Below are positions 18,741-28,207 of a stretch of 64,000 bases of DNA, piece after piece; position 1 is the first letter of the stretch, and the number at the start of each line of letters is the position of its first letter. Origin of the DNA: a virus. Lineage: Duplodnaviria > Caudoviricetes. A program made the position numbers and the translations under genes. Location: IMG/VR virus record IMGVR_UViG_3300020576_006344, positions 30,646 to 94,645 of that record. The stretch is one strand, 5' to 3'. The notes beneath the pieces are model-generated. The model was not told where the DNA came from, made no database searches, and was given only the letters and a program-made list of their open reading frames with translations.

Positions 18741-21709
18741 TCTCCATTGCTATCTTCCCTGTATGGAACTCCGTATGGGCATGTAATATCAACCTGCCAA
18801 GGCCAGAACCTTGCCCCCCAGAAAGGATCTCCACGGCCACCGCGCTGGTCAGGCTGGGCGAACGCCATGCCCGGAACTATGACCGTGGCTCTGCCATCAC
18901 ATGCCGTGTTAACGTTGGTCAGATATGATCTTATCCAATACATGGGTACGTTGGACTCTGGACCGGCATTCGATGAGTACACGAACAGCGCTCTGTCATG
19001 GGTAGGCCCCTCCTGTTGCGCTTCTCCTGCGAAGAATCCACCTTCGCCATTGTAGAGCTTTACGTTCTGGAAAACGAATTCATATCGCGCTTCACGGTAC
19101 CTGAACAACTCATAGTCGAAATTGAGGTTGCCGGGCAGTCGCAAGACGGCATTCTCGAACGTGGTGGATGTTTCGCTCAACTCTGATCCATAGAATGTTG
19201 CGGCGGCTCCGGGTGCAAGGCGTCTGCCAAGTATCTCTACGGTAACTACGCCCATATTGCGTATCCTGAGAGTCATTTCGTTGATGGACATTTCCCAACC
19301 AACACCTCCGGTGGACCAGAACAGATTGCCACCGCCACCACCGCTGTTCTGAATGCCCATGAAGGTTCTGGCGCCACGTCCTCTATGGAAGAACATTCGG
19401 TTGAAGTTGTAGTCCGTATAGGTGGGAGTGACGGCTGGTATCGCCAAATTGAGGTTCTTAGGACTTGGGTCCACTATCCTGTAAATGTCGAGGCCACCCT
19501 CCTTCATCTCCGTCTCCGAACCAAGGTCCAAGAACAGCTTTTTCCCAGCGGGAGTGCTTAGGAATTGGAACGCCGTCTGATAGTTGTAGGACGAGTGCAG
19601 CGGTTCATTGGAACCATTGACCATGGCTGGGGTGACGACCGTGTGCGGGTTCTTGGTGTCGAACGGGTATATCGCCTCTGAGCCATCATTGTTGGTGTAG
19701 TGCGCTATGCGTGGCCATCCTTCAGGCCTCAGCCAATAGCCATATCCGCATTCCACGCGCTGGTATTTTTCACCGCCCACCACAGAAGAAGAGCCGGGTT
19801 GAATCGGGAAGTCAGGGTTGTTGGGCATGTATCCCACTGCGTACTTTGAGTTGGGGTCCTCTGAGTTCTCGTACCGGTACATGTAGTTCATGGTGACATA
19901 CTTGGAGAAGTCTGTCTTGAACCACTCATTGTTCGTCTCATCTATGGCCGCTCCGTATCCACCGGTCCCCCCATAGATGTTATCGATGTTTAGGAATTGA
20001 TGGAATGGGTTGCCGATCAGTTCTCCATCCAAGAACTTGGGACGCTCCAGCCATCTCTTGCCAGCATTGTTGAGGACATCGAAGTCGGGATTCAACATGC
20101 TGGGCACCTTCGGTATGTCGTACGGCTCAGGATAGATGTGGTCCCACTTCCGCTCGTATGGGAACGCTCCTCCGATGGGTTGTGCTGCGGAGTTCTGCGT
20201 CGCCATGTCAGCGTTGTTCTTGTTGAGGTTGAAGTGGTCCCTCGTAACATAAGATCCACTTTCGAACACGAACTTGCTGGAGCCCGTGTTGCGGAAGAAC
20301 TGCGTCTGGTCTGAATAGTACATCGACAACTGATATCCGGCCAACCAGACTCCTTTCGACCCCATAGGCTCTCCATTCTGGTCGGTCTTCCTGCCAACCG
20401 GGTCGTACATGTTGGCGGGAAGCTTGAACGCGTGATAGCCATCGGTGTAGAATTGTGCTTTGGGCTTCAATTGCACGAATTCACCATCCCATAGAAGAAC
20501 ATGGTCGCTGTCGCGGAACAGCATGTCCGGCACCTCCATGATCTGTACTTTGGTCCTTGGGAAGCCGTCGCGTGCCATGTTGCGGATGGCAATGGTCAGT
20601 GGAGTGATGAACCCGCGTCGTTGAAGCTCCTCGAAGTCCAGTTCATTGAAGGAGACCTGCTCTATGAAGTACGTTGCCCACTTCCTGAGATCAAGTTCGA
20701 CCTTGATGTTGACCTCAGTGTATCCCGTCTGTAGGGTACCCCACGTGGGCACTACATCGATGGGGAACTGGCGAAAGAAAAGGTTGGGCAACCCGTCGAT
20801 GTTCGGAGAATCATCCGCAGGGAACGGATAGAAGTTGAGCGCTATCTCATCTTGCGTGAGCCCCTGCTTGAACAGGTCCACTTCGAAGAACAGTGTTTGT
20901 GTTCCTGTCGGAACATTGTGGATGACGAACTCACCCTCATCATTGGTGGTGGTGACATACTTGTAGTAGGCTGGTACGGCCGTGAACTCTCTTCCTGAGT
21001 GAAGATAGTTTGTAGTATCCGCCGTATACGACTGGATATTGAAGTAGTCAGCGGCTCTGGCGGCCTCGCTCAAGTTCAGGGTTATGCGGTTCCCGTTCTC
21101 ATCGGAACTGGCCGGAGACGGGAACTCATCCGTTGGATTGAACACCCCCACCGGGACGTTCCTCAGGGGAATGGTGATGTTGTTCCCGTTGACATCAATG
21201 ATCTTCTGGAGAGCCACCAGTCGTCCGAACACGGTGCCTGTGGGGGATTCCTGAGATGGAAAGCTGTTGACGAGGTTGTTGTAGATGCTCAGGGTATCGA
21301 GCGTGCCGAACGTTCTGTGGAGCGCCACATCGATGAACATGTCGTTCAGCAAGATGTCCCTGAAGAACGTATAGGATGTTGACTGGCCGCTGAACATGAT
21401 GTTCATGCTCTGCTGCCACTTTGTGTCTATCCTCAAGCGCTGTGTGCTGTTCAGGGAGTACTGAAGGTCCTCGAAGCGCGTAACACCCGTGATGAACGGC
21501 ATGTTGAGGTTGGACAGCGGGACAAGACTGTTGTCGGTGTCTCTCCACATGGGGGTCACCTCGAACGTGTCGACGTGTACCGGCTGGTTGTTCTGGTTGA
21601 ACAGGACGTACGCAGGGAACGTCGTGACCCCATCAGGTTCAAGGTGAGTGTTGAAGAAAGTGACTGTCGTGCCTGAGCGCGACGTTTTCAGCTTGATCTG
21701 TTCCTGCAT
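18737..21709 (-). CDS. Large virion protein with a carboxypeptidase-regulatory/transthyretin-like domain
   Basis: GTVFGRLV...PLRNVPVGV...TTTNDEGEFVIHNVPTGTQTL pattern; TATTTA 8 nt upstream. Confidence 0.68.
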   Translation of the reverse strand: MQEQIKLKTSRSGTTVTFFNTHLEPDGVTTFPAYVLFNQNNQPVHVDTFEVTPMWRDTDNSLVPLSNLNMPFITGVTRFEDLQYSLNSTQRLRIDTKWQQSMNIMFSGQSTSYTFFRDILLNDMFIDVALHRTFGTLDTLSIYNNLVNSFPSQESPTGTVFGRLVALQKIIDVNGNNITIPLRNVPVGVFNPTDEFPSPASSDENGNRITLNLSEAARAADYFNIQSYTADTTNYLHSGREFTAVPAYYKYVTTTNDEGEFVIHNVPTGTQTLFFEVDLFKQGLTQDEIALNFYPFPADDSPNIDGLPNLFFRQFPIDVVPTWGTLQTGYTEVNIKVELDLRKWATYFIEQVSFNELDFEELQRRGFITPLTIAIRNMARDGFPRTKVQIMEVPDMLFRDSDHVLLWDGEFVQLKPKAQFYTDGYHAFKLPANMYDPVGRKTDQNGEPMGSKGVWLAGYQLSMYYSDQTQFFRNTGSSKFVFESGSYVTRDHFNLNKNNADMATQNSAAQPIGGAFPYERKWDHIYPEPYDIPKVPSMLNPDFDVLNNAGKRWLERPKFLDGELIGNPFHQFLNIDNIYGGTGGYGAAIDETNNEWFKTDFSKYVTMNYMYRYENSEDPNSKYAVGYMPNNPDFPIQPGSSSVVGGEKYQRVECGYGYWLRPEGWPRIAHYTNNDGSEAIYPFDTKNPHTVVTPAMVNGSNEPLHSSYNYQTAFQFLSTPAGKKLFLDLGSETEMKEGGLDIYRIVDPSPKNLNLAIPAVTPTYTDYNFNRMFFHRGRGARTFMGIQNSGGGGGNLFWSTGGVGWEMSINEMTLRIRNMGVVTVEILGRRLAPGAAATFYGSELSETSTTFENAVLRLPGNLNFDYELFRYREARYEFVFQNVKLYNGEGGFFAGEAQQEGPTHDRALFVYSSNAGPESNVPMYWIRSYLTNVNTACDGRATVIVPGMAFAQPDQRGGRGDPFWGARFWPWQVDITCPYGVPYREDSNGE

Positions 21710-21755
21710 GTCCCCAATAAATATGGGGCTTCAGAATTGAGAAAGAAACAGTGTT

Positions 21756-22745
21756 TCAACCTCTTGGGTGGTGGGCTATCTCTTCGATGACCTCTGGGGC
21801 GAAAAGGGATTCAATGACCGCAAGCTCTTCGTCATAGAAAGATGCATTAGAGAAGAACTCCGTGACCTCCACGCAGAACTCGGGACGGATCGGCGTTTTC
21901 GGTTTCCTTTTCGGCTTGATCGGCTCAAACAACACTACGCTCTTATATGATAGCATGAATGCGAACGCTGAGGCCATATCTCCTCGCAAGGCGGGTCCGA
22001 ACCTCTTTTCCTTCATGGATGCCGTGTGATGCTGCTCTATGGCAAACCTAGCTGCGCCGATGGTGTCGAACCGGTCTAAGTTCTGCCAATTGTAAACACT
22101 CTCCATGTGCTTGTCCACAAGCACTTTGGTGTAGAACTGTGATGTTCCGTCAGCTAACACCTTCTGTATTATGCGGTACTTATCGAGGGTCTTGTCCATC
22201 TTGCTATCACTATATGCAGCGAGAGCTTGGGCGTTGTAGTATGGAGACGACCCTCTTACGAATGCGTATACGACTGGCGTGCTTCCGTACACCACTATGA
22301 TGTTAGAGAGGAGTTCATCGCACTCGAATGTGTACGGGGGCTTGGACGTCAACTTCATGTGGTCCTTGAACACAGGGTGGCAGATGATCTTGATGTCGTT
22401 GACCTCGAATTCCAACCTGTTGGTGCGATGATGTCGTAGCAGTTCAGAGAAGAGGTCACGATATGCGTGGCTCTGATCTGATATTTCAACTGCGCGCATT
22501 TCGATGCGCTTGTCCGACTTCAGCAAGGACATGACCACGTACTTAGTGGTCTCGCTGCTACTGGAGAAGAAGATGGAGTTGTAATCGATGTCGCTTATCG
22601 AGAGACCTTTTTGTTGCCTGTCCTTGTTCACGAGGTCGATCAGGTACTGGCTGATCGATGAGTACTCCATGGAGGACATATACCCAAGGTAGTTCTTGAG
22701 TTCTTCGGGGAGATTGAAATTGAACTGCTTGGTCTCCTGTTTCAT
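21756..22745 (-). CDS. Protein with an N-terminal ribbon-helix-helix (CopG/Arc-like) DNA-binding domain
   Basis: KQFNFNLPEELKNYL...SSISQYLIDLVNKD fits the RHH pattern; the remainder is unrecognised. Confidence 0.62.
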   Translation of the reverse strand: MKQETKQFNFNLPEELKNYLGYMSSMEYSSISQYLIDLVNKDRQQKGLSISDIDYNSIFFSSSSETTKYVVMSLLKSDKRIEMRAVEISDQSHAYRDLFSELLRHHRTNRLEFEVNDIKIICHPVFKDHMKLTSKPPYTFECDELLSNIIVVYGSTPVVYAFVRGSSPYYNAQALAAYSDSKMDKTLDKYRIIQKVLADGTSQFYTKVLVDKHMESVYNWQNLDRFDTIGAARFAIEQHHTASMKEKRFGPALRGDMASAFAFMLSYKSVVLFEPIKPKRKPKTPIRPEFCVEVTEFFSNASFYDEELAVIESLFAPEVIEEIAHHPRG

Positions 22746-22750
22746 ATCAA

Positions 22751-22767
22751 TACATATACAATATGTA
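22751..22767. promoter_or_regulatory. Perfect inverted repeat TACATAT-N3-ATATGTA, putative operator
   Basis: Lies 5 nt upstream of the RHH gene start codon. Confidence 0.55.
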
Positions 22768-22885
22768 GGTCGGAAAACCTATTTGCAGGTCCTAGCGCAA
22801 GATTCTCGTTGATTTGGCATATACGGCGTATAGCCCCACCAATGGTGTGGGAACGCGTGTCACGTAATGTGATTCAGCAGGAAGA

Positions 22886-24748
22886 TTAGGCGACCCTTAT
22901 GCGGATGTCACGCGCAGGATTCCGAATTTCTACCATACTGATGGGAGTCGAAAAAATGGTGTTGTCCATCAATTCGATCTTGGTTCTGAAGCCTCCCGTC
23001 TCCGGTATTTGTTTTCTGTCGCCCAAGGCTTGGGAGATGAGCGTGGAGGAATATCCGCCTCCTTCTAGGTTGTAGAACTCGATGTTCACCACGTTTATCA
23101 CGCCCGGAACTTCCCTCAGCACATCCACCAGTTGAGAGACATAGATGTGCTGGTTCATCTGCCAGCGCTCCACGTCCATGAAGTCGCGGATGACGTTCGC
23201 GGCGGCCAGCTTCACCTCGCGTGGGCTGAAGGCGTTCCTGTCGATGTGCAGGTCAACGTTGATCTCTATGTTGATCACGCGACCGTCATTGATCTCGATG
23301 AAGTCGTTGATCATGCGATAGCGGGACATGTAGGTCACAAGGTTCTCCTTGATGGTGCTGGTGGAGGACGAAACGAGCTTGCCATTACCGTCTCGGGTAA
23401 GGATGTACATCTTGACCTTGTTGTCCTCCACTGTGGCATGTATCCTGAAGGGTCCTCCGAATTTGCCGGGCAATTGGTAAGCGCGCGAGATGTAGTCGTT
23501 CAAGGTCACGCAGCGGTCTTGAGCAGCGTGGTTGGCGGCGATGTTGTAGCGTATTTCCTCCACCGATGGCAATCCCTTGCCGCCCAAGGCGGGGATGGGG
23601 TTGTTGGACCGAGTGGACGAAATGACGAGGTTGTTCTGTGCGCTGTCGGGTCCGTTGATCTCAGGATTGACGTTGCTGACCTCCGTCAGGGTGTTAGCTC
23701 CCACGTTGCTCAGCGTGCCCCCTCCAACCCTGTACTGCACGAATATGGTGCAGTTCCTAGGTATCTTGTGGCCCAAGGCGGTGTTGTCGAGGATATCGGA
23801 GATGTTGAGGTTGGTATTGTTCCTGCATACATCTTCTCCCGATAGGAAAGACAAATACGTGTTGTAGGTGTCGTAGTTCTCATCTCCACCGCCGAAGGTG
23901 AGCACGCAGCTACCATCGGACTTGAACTCCTTCTCGAAGCGCTTGCGCACTGTGAGCCACTGCCCTGTATGAACGCCATTGATGGAGGCTACCGTATCAT
24001 CCTCAATGAAGATACGGTCGTTGGGAAGATAATCAACCTCGTAGTACCGTATGTCATCGTCATGAAAGTCGCTGTAGGTAGGTACGGTCGTCACGTTCGT
24101 AGAGTCCATCACGATGACGCTGACGATATCCAACACGTTCTTCTGTGGAAGCTCAAGCTGAAAGAACGGCACCCCGCCTTGTTCTCCAATGACCGCCTTG
24201 TGTATCACGGTTGTCCCCGCCTTGATCTTCTCGCGCTTCAGTATCCTGTACTTGATAAGCTGCTGGTTCCCGTTCAGGATCGGCTCTATGGTCCTGTTGG
24301 CTACTCCTTCATCGGAGAAGTCGCTGGAAAAGTCGATGTCATCAATGGTCTCGAACACCTGACCTGCACCCTTTACCTGAACGCCCTTGCGGTATACTGG
24401 TAGGTAGTTCGGGTCAGGACCATCGGCCGTCACCGGAACTTCTATGATGATGTCCGACAACGAAAGGGCGGGACGAACACCCGGAACCTTGTAGCCTTTT
24501 GTCTTGGCCAAACGATAGACGCTCTCACGACTAAGGGCGCCATCGATGAACATCTCGATGAACTTCTTATCGGCTACGTGGCTCATGAGGTCGGCCACAT
24601 AAGCGTTCATTTCGAGAAGCGACATGCCCGGAGAGGCTACGTTGAAATCCTGCCACTGGTCCGGAAAGAATGTCCTTAGGTAGTCAATGAGGTCTCTTCT
24701 GACCGTATTGAAGTCCCTATCAAGATAATTGACTTGTACGTTTGGCAT
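22886..24748 (-). CDS. Baseplate wedge subunit (T4 gp6-like)
   Basis: NYLDRDF...LIDYLR...DFNVASPG..LLE..AYVAD, QYRVGGG..SNV, QDRCVTLNDY motifs. Confidence 0.88.
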   Translation of the reverse strand: MPNVQVNYLDRDFNTVRRDLIDYLRTFFPDQWQDFNVASPGMSLLEMNAYVADLMSHVADKKFIEMFIDGALSRESVYRLAKTKGYKVPGVRPALSLSDIIIEVPVTADGPDPNYLPVYRKGVQVKGAGQVFETIDDIDFSSDFSDEGVANRTIEPILNGNQQLIKYRILKREKIKAGTTVIHKAVIGEQGGVPFFQLELPQKNVLDIVSVIVMDSTNVTTVPTYSDFHDDDIRYYEVDYLPNDRIFIEDDTVASINGVHTGQWLTVRKRFEKEFKSDGSCVLTFGGGDENYDTYNTYLSFLSGEDVCRNNTNLNISDILDNTALGHKIPRNCTIFVQYRVGGGTLSNVGANTLTEVSNVNPEINGPDSAQNNLVISSTRSNNPIPALGGKGLPSVEEIRYNIAANHAAQDRCVTLNDYISRAYQLPGKFGGPFRIHATVEDNKVKMYILTRDGNGKLVSSSTSTIKENLVTYMSRYRMINDFIEINDGRVINIEINVDLHIDRNAFSPREVKLAAANVIRDFMDVERWQMNQHIYVSQLVDVLREVPGVINVVNIEFYNLEGGGYSSTLISQALGDRKQIPETGGFRTKIELMDNTIFSTPISMVEIRNPARDIRIRVA

Positions 24749-24750
24749 GA

Positions 24751-25134
24751 TCAGGTTTGACTGGTATCGAATTGCATCTTCACGCTATCGGACAGACTGC
24801 CGAACGACGGTATGGAATAGACTATCTCCACTTCTAGTGCATTCTCTTCCTCGTTGGGCGTCAGTACGATATCCTTCAGTTCTATCTCGGGAAAGTACTT
24901 CTTCAATTTGGCATCGACGGCCTCGATTATCTCCTTCTCGGCAATGGCGTCCAATGGCTCGAAGATGAAGTCGTACAATGGTGAATAGAGGTCATTGTGC
25001 ATAGGCCTTTGCCCCCGCCTGAGGGTGAGGAAGGCGATCAGGTCGCTCTTGGTGGACTCGCGCGTTGTCTGAGTGGGCTTTATTACGCCACCAATGTCGG
25101 TGTCCTTGAAGGGAAAATACAGTCCAATAGCCAT
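24751..25134 (-). CDS. Baseplate wedge subunit / sheath initiator (gp25/GpW family)
   Basis: GLYFPF...IAFLTLRRGQRPM...LYDFIFEP...KYFPEI. Confidence 0.88.
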   Translation of the reverse strand: MAIGLYFPFKDTDIGGVIKPTQTTRESTKSDLIAFLTLRRGQRPMHNDLYSPLYDFIFEPLDAIAEKEIIEAVDAKLKKYFPEIELKDIVLTPNEEENALEVEIVYSIPSFGSLSDSVKMQFDTSQT

Positions 25135-25149
25135 ATCAGAGCTTTCATC

Positions 25150-25184
25150 TAAATAGGAATGTCAACCAAATTGAGTCATATTTA
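25150..25184. promoter_or_regulatory. Divergent pair of TATTTA putative late promoters
   Basis: TAAATA 25150-25155 and TATTTA 25179-25184, each 15 nt from an ATG. Confidence 0.65.
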
Positions 25185-25199
25185 GAGGGAAAGCAACAC

Positions 25200-26618
25200 A
25201 TGTCGCGGCTCAGGATCTATCCTACCAAGGAAAACACGATAGCGTCGGGCATTTACGCCCCATACAACAGCAGCCAGAACGCTGTCGCTGACCTCTGGTA
25301 TGGCGGCGGCGTGAGCACCGGTAGTGATTTCCGCAACTCCATAAGCCGCCACCTCATGTACTTTGACCTGAGCGGGCTTTCAGCCAAGATAGCGGCATGC
25401 GAGGTCAATACGGCCCTGACGGTCACCTATCGATTGCGCATGAAGAACGCTGTTCCATCCGACAAGGTGTTGGATAAGGAGCAAGAGTTCCATCGGATGC
25501 AGAAGGCCATAGCCTCCTCCTTTGACCTGATCGCGTTCCCTGTGAACATGGCGTGGGATGAGGGTCGCGGATTCGATCTGCTCAAGGAGAAGAATCTGGT
25601 CAACCAATTGAGCAGTCCTCGACTATCAGGGTACTCCAACTGGGACCGCGCCACATCAGTTATTCCATGGACGGAATCGGGGGTATTCACTGACCCCACG
25701 GCCAGCACGACCTACCATGCCACACAGCACTTTGCCATTGGAGGGGAGGACATGGATATGGACGTTACGTCCATTGTCGAGGACTGGCTGAGCGGAGGCA
25801 CCACCAACAATGGTATCGCCATCGCCTATAGGAGAGACTACGAACTTCTCAGTGGTGACACAAGGTACATCTCTACGTTCTTCACCAACAATACCAATTT
25901 CTCCCACAAGCCGTATCTGGAGGTCATCTTCGATGAGCAGAGGATAATGGACGACCGATTGCAGGTGAGCAACAACAGAAGGTGCAGGCTGTTCCTGTAC
26001 ACATTCAGTGGCCACTCTGCGGCCAACTACGCCTCAGCATCAACGGTAAGCATTCTGGACTCCACCAATACGGTGATCACGTCGGGACTTGTGCCGACAC
26101 AGCTTGAGAAGGGCGTGTATTACGTTGATGTCTTCATGTCAGGCGCATCGCGTGGTCAGAAGTACAAGGATGTGTGGAACGGCGTGTCGTTCGACCCTCC
26201 CTACGACCAGCAGAACATAACCCAGACATTCTCAATACAGGACAATTACTACACCTCCAATCTGCCAGACCTGAATGAGTACGCGCTCGATGTGTACGGC
26301 CTGACCAATGGGGACACATACTCCAATGACGAGGTCATTCGTGTATACTGCGACATGAGGGTGAATTACAGCCTCAACGCCCCAGTGAAGAATTACAACC
26401 TCAAATACAGGGTCGTCATGAACCACCAAGAGGAGGTTATTCCATGGACCGCTGTGAATCAGGCTGTTATAGGCGGAAAGAAGACCAACTACTTTTTGCT
26501 CGACACCTCTTGGCTACTGCATAATCAGACCTACAATGTGGAGTTCAAGATAGAGGAGCTTGGTACCAGCAGGATAATGCCGGTGGCGCACACCTTCAAG
26601 GTGCTCAGGCCGTTTTAG
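25200..26618 (+). CDS. Virion protein, DNRLRE-like N-terminal domain plus Ig-like C-terminal domains
   Basis: SRHLMYFDL...WDEG.G...MDVTSIVEDW....NNGI...KPYLEV pattern. Confidence 0.6.
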   Translation: MSRLRIYPTKENTIASGIYAPYNSSQNAVADLWYGGGVSTGSDFRNSISRHLMYFDLSGLSAKIAACEVNTALTVTYRLRMKNAVPSDKVLDKEQEFHRMQKAIASSFDLIAFPVNMAWDEGRGFDLLKEKNLVNQLSSPRLSGYSNWDRATSVIPWTESGVFTDPTASTTYHATQHFAIGGEDMDMDVTSIVEDWLSGGTTNNGIAIAYRRDYELLSGDTRYISTFFTNNTNFSHKPYLEVIFDEQRIMDDRLQVSNNRRCRLFLYTFSGHSAANYASASTVSILDSTNTVITSGLVPTQLEKGVYYVDVFMSGASRGQKYKDVWNGVSFDPPYDQQNITQTFSIQDNYYTSNLPDLNEYALDVYGLTNGDTYSNDEVIRVYCDMRVNYSLNAPVKNYNLKYRVVMNHQEEVIPWTAVNQAVIGGKKTNYFLLDTSWLLHNQTYNVEFKIEELGTSRIMPVAHTFKVLRPF

Positions 26619-27586
26619 TTAAGCCTGATGTGATTCGACAGGATGTCCTGTAGTTTGCCGCTGACGGTGTATTCCTCAAGCCTCTTCAAGAGCGGGCCCG
26701 GAACAGGTGGGTTCTGTGGCGTGTGAACGTGCGTTCTCATGAACTGCACCATCAGGTCAAGCAGTTTGACTAGCTCGTCTCCCAATACGGCTGGATGCAG
26801 GGTCAAGGCCGTCTCTCCGAAGTTCTGTAGATCAGGGTTTACCTCGAATCGCTGCGAGTCGCTTTTTCTGAACTTGCCTCTTGGAGAGTAGAGGTTGACG
26901 TTCGTGGACACCAGATTCGTCTGGCTGTACTCGATAGGGTTGGTGTTGAACTGGCCATCCGGCTTTACATCGAACTGCCTCATCTGAAGAAAGCTGGGGT
27001 GTTCCAGATTTGGGTCGAACGTGCCCTTCTTGAATGTGCCTGAGTTGATGTACACCTCTCGCGGCTTCAGCAGGACCATGGAGTCATCCCTGCCCATCAG
27101 AGCCACGTCGGACTTCTCCGGCCAGCTTCTGGAGGGACTTGGGCGGCTGCTTATGTTCTGGTTGACCCCGAAACGCGTGTAATCGAATATCTTGATGGCC
27201 TCCCTGTAGGATTGGTACTTGAGCTTGAGCTTCGAATTGATCAAGGGACCTATCCAATACCGTGGAGATGTGTTGATCTCAGGATTTTCCATAACGAGTA
27301 TGACCATCTCACCTTCAAGGGGGGTGACGTGGAAGAATCCGGGTACCAACGGCACGGCGAACGGCAACTTGTCATCCGGAGTGTCCTTGTCTCGTCCGCC
27401 ACGCATGTTACCGGCTTCATCCAAGCTCACTATCCTCGCGATGATGCGCCCTTGTTCAAGCGGGTCATCCGCACGGACCACGACGGCAGGGTACGTGGTA
27501 CGCTTGACCTGTCCACCTTCCTGTGCGGTCCTGTTCTGCTGGATGTCGCCCATGAGCGACTTGGCCAAATCATCAAACCCGCCCAT
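26615..27586 (-). CDS. Baseplate hub/spike protein (gp5-like N-terminal OB fold)
   Basis: AVVVRADDPLEQGRIIARI...P.EGE.V...RYWIG; C-terminal VLGDELV...HVHT metal-binding tip motif. Confidence 0.78.
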   Translation of the reverse strand: MGGFDDLAKSLMGDIQQNRTAQEGGQVKRTTYPAVVVRADDPLEQGRIIARIVSLDEAGNMRGGRDKDTPDDKLPFAVPLVPGFFHVTPLEGEMVILVMENPEINTSPRYWIGPLINSKLKLKYQSYREAIKIFDYTRFGVNQNISSRPSPSRSWPEKSDVALMGRDDSMVLLKPREVYINSGTFKKGTFDPNLEHPSFLQMRQFDVKPDGQFNTNPIEYSQTNLVSTNVNLYSPRGKFRKSDSQRFEVNPDLQNFGETALTLHPAVLGDELVKLLDLMVQFMRTHVHTPQNPPVPGPLLKRLEEYTVSGKLQDILSNHIRLN

Positions 27587-27794
27587 CGTATTCGCTTATT
27601 TTGTTCAACAGTTCGTTATAGATGGTCTCGGCATCCGATAGTCTGTCTTCGGTCTCGATGATGGCCAGACGTATCTTCTCCTTGTCCAACACGTCGGTAG
27701 CACGGTCCATGTCATCGCACATCTCCAGAATTGAATCCTTGAGACCAGAAATGACCACGACGGTCTGCTTTAGTTGGTCTATCAGTTCGGTCAT
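27573..27794 (-). CDS. Small helical hypothetical protein
   Basis: 73 aa, overlapping both neighbours. Confidence 0.65.
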   Translation of the reverse strand: MTELIDQLKQTVVVISGLKDSILEMCDDMDRATDVLDKEKIRLAIIETEDRLSDAETIYNELLNKISEYDGRV

Positions 27795-28207
27795 CTTGCT
27801 ACGCCTATCCCGGTGTGTGGTTTGAGCGTGGTATTGGTGGTGATGATGGGACCTCCGGCGTTGGCGCCCATTCCCTGTCCGATAATGCCGGGGTCGACAG
27901 CTATGTCGACACGCATGTCGTTCTGCAAGGCATCGACTATCTCCTCGCAGAAGAACTTGACGAACTGCTCCATCGAGTTGGGGAACCCATCACTGAGCGG
28001 CCCGTTCGGTATGCCAGCCTCGGGGAAGCGGCTGATGATGCGGGACGCCATCTGTTCTGCACTAAGTCCGGGACGCGCCTTGGCCAAAAGAAGTTGTGGC
28101 AGGGAGAGCTTGGGCACAGGTATTCTGTCCTCGTTCAGAAGGAACAGGAGGAAGTCGGCTATCTCCTCCGACTTGTTGTTGTCGTCATCAATGGGTATGA
28201 GCGCCAT
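27791..28207 (-). CDS. Hypothetical baseplate-associated protein
   Basis: 138 aa, coupled genes; ends GANAGGPIITT. Confidence 0.7.
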   Translation of the reverse strand: MALIPIDDDNNKSEEIADFLLFLLNEDRIPVPKLSLPQLLLAKARPGLSAEQMASRIISRFPEAGIPNGPLSDGFPNSMEQFVKFFCEEIVDALQNDMRVDIAVDPGIIGQGMGANAGGPIITTNTTLKPHTGIGVAR

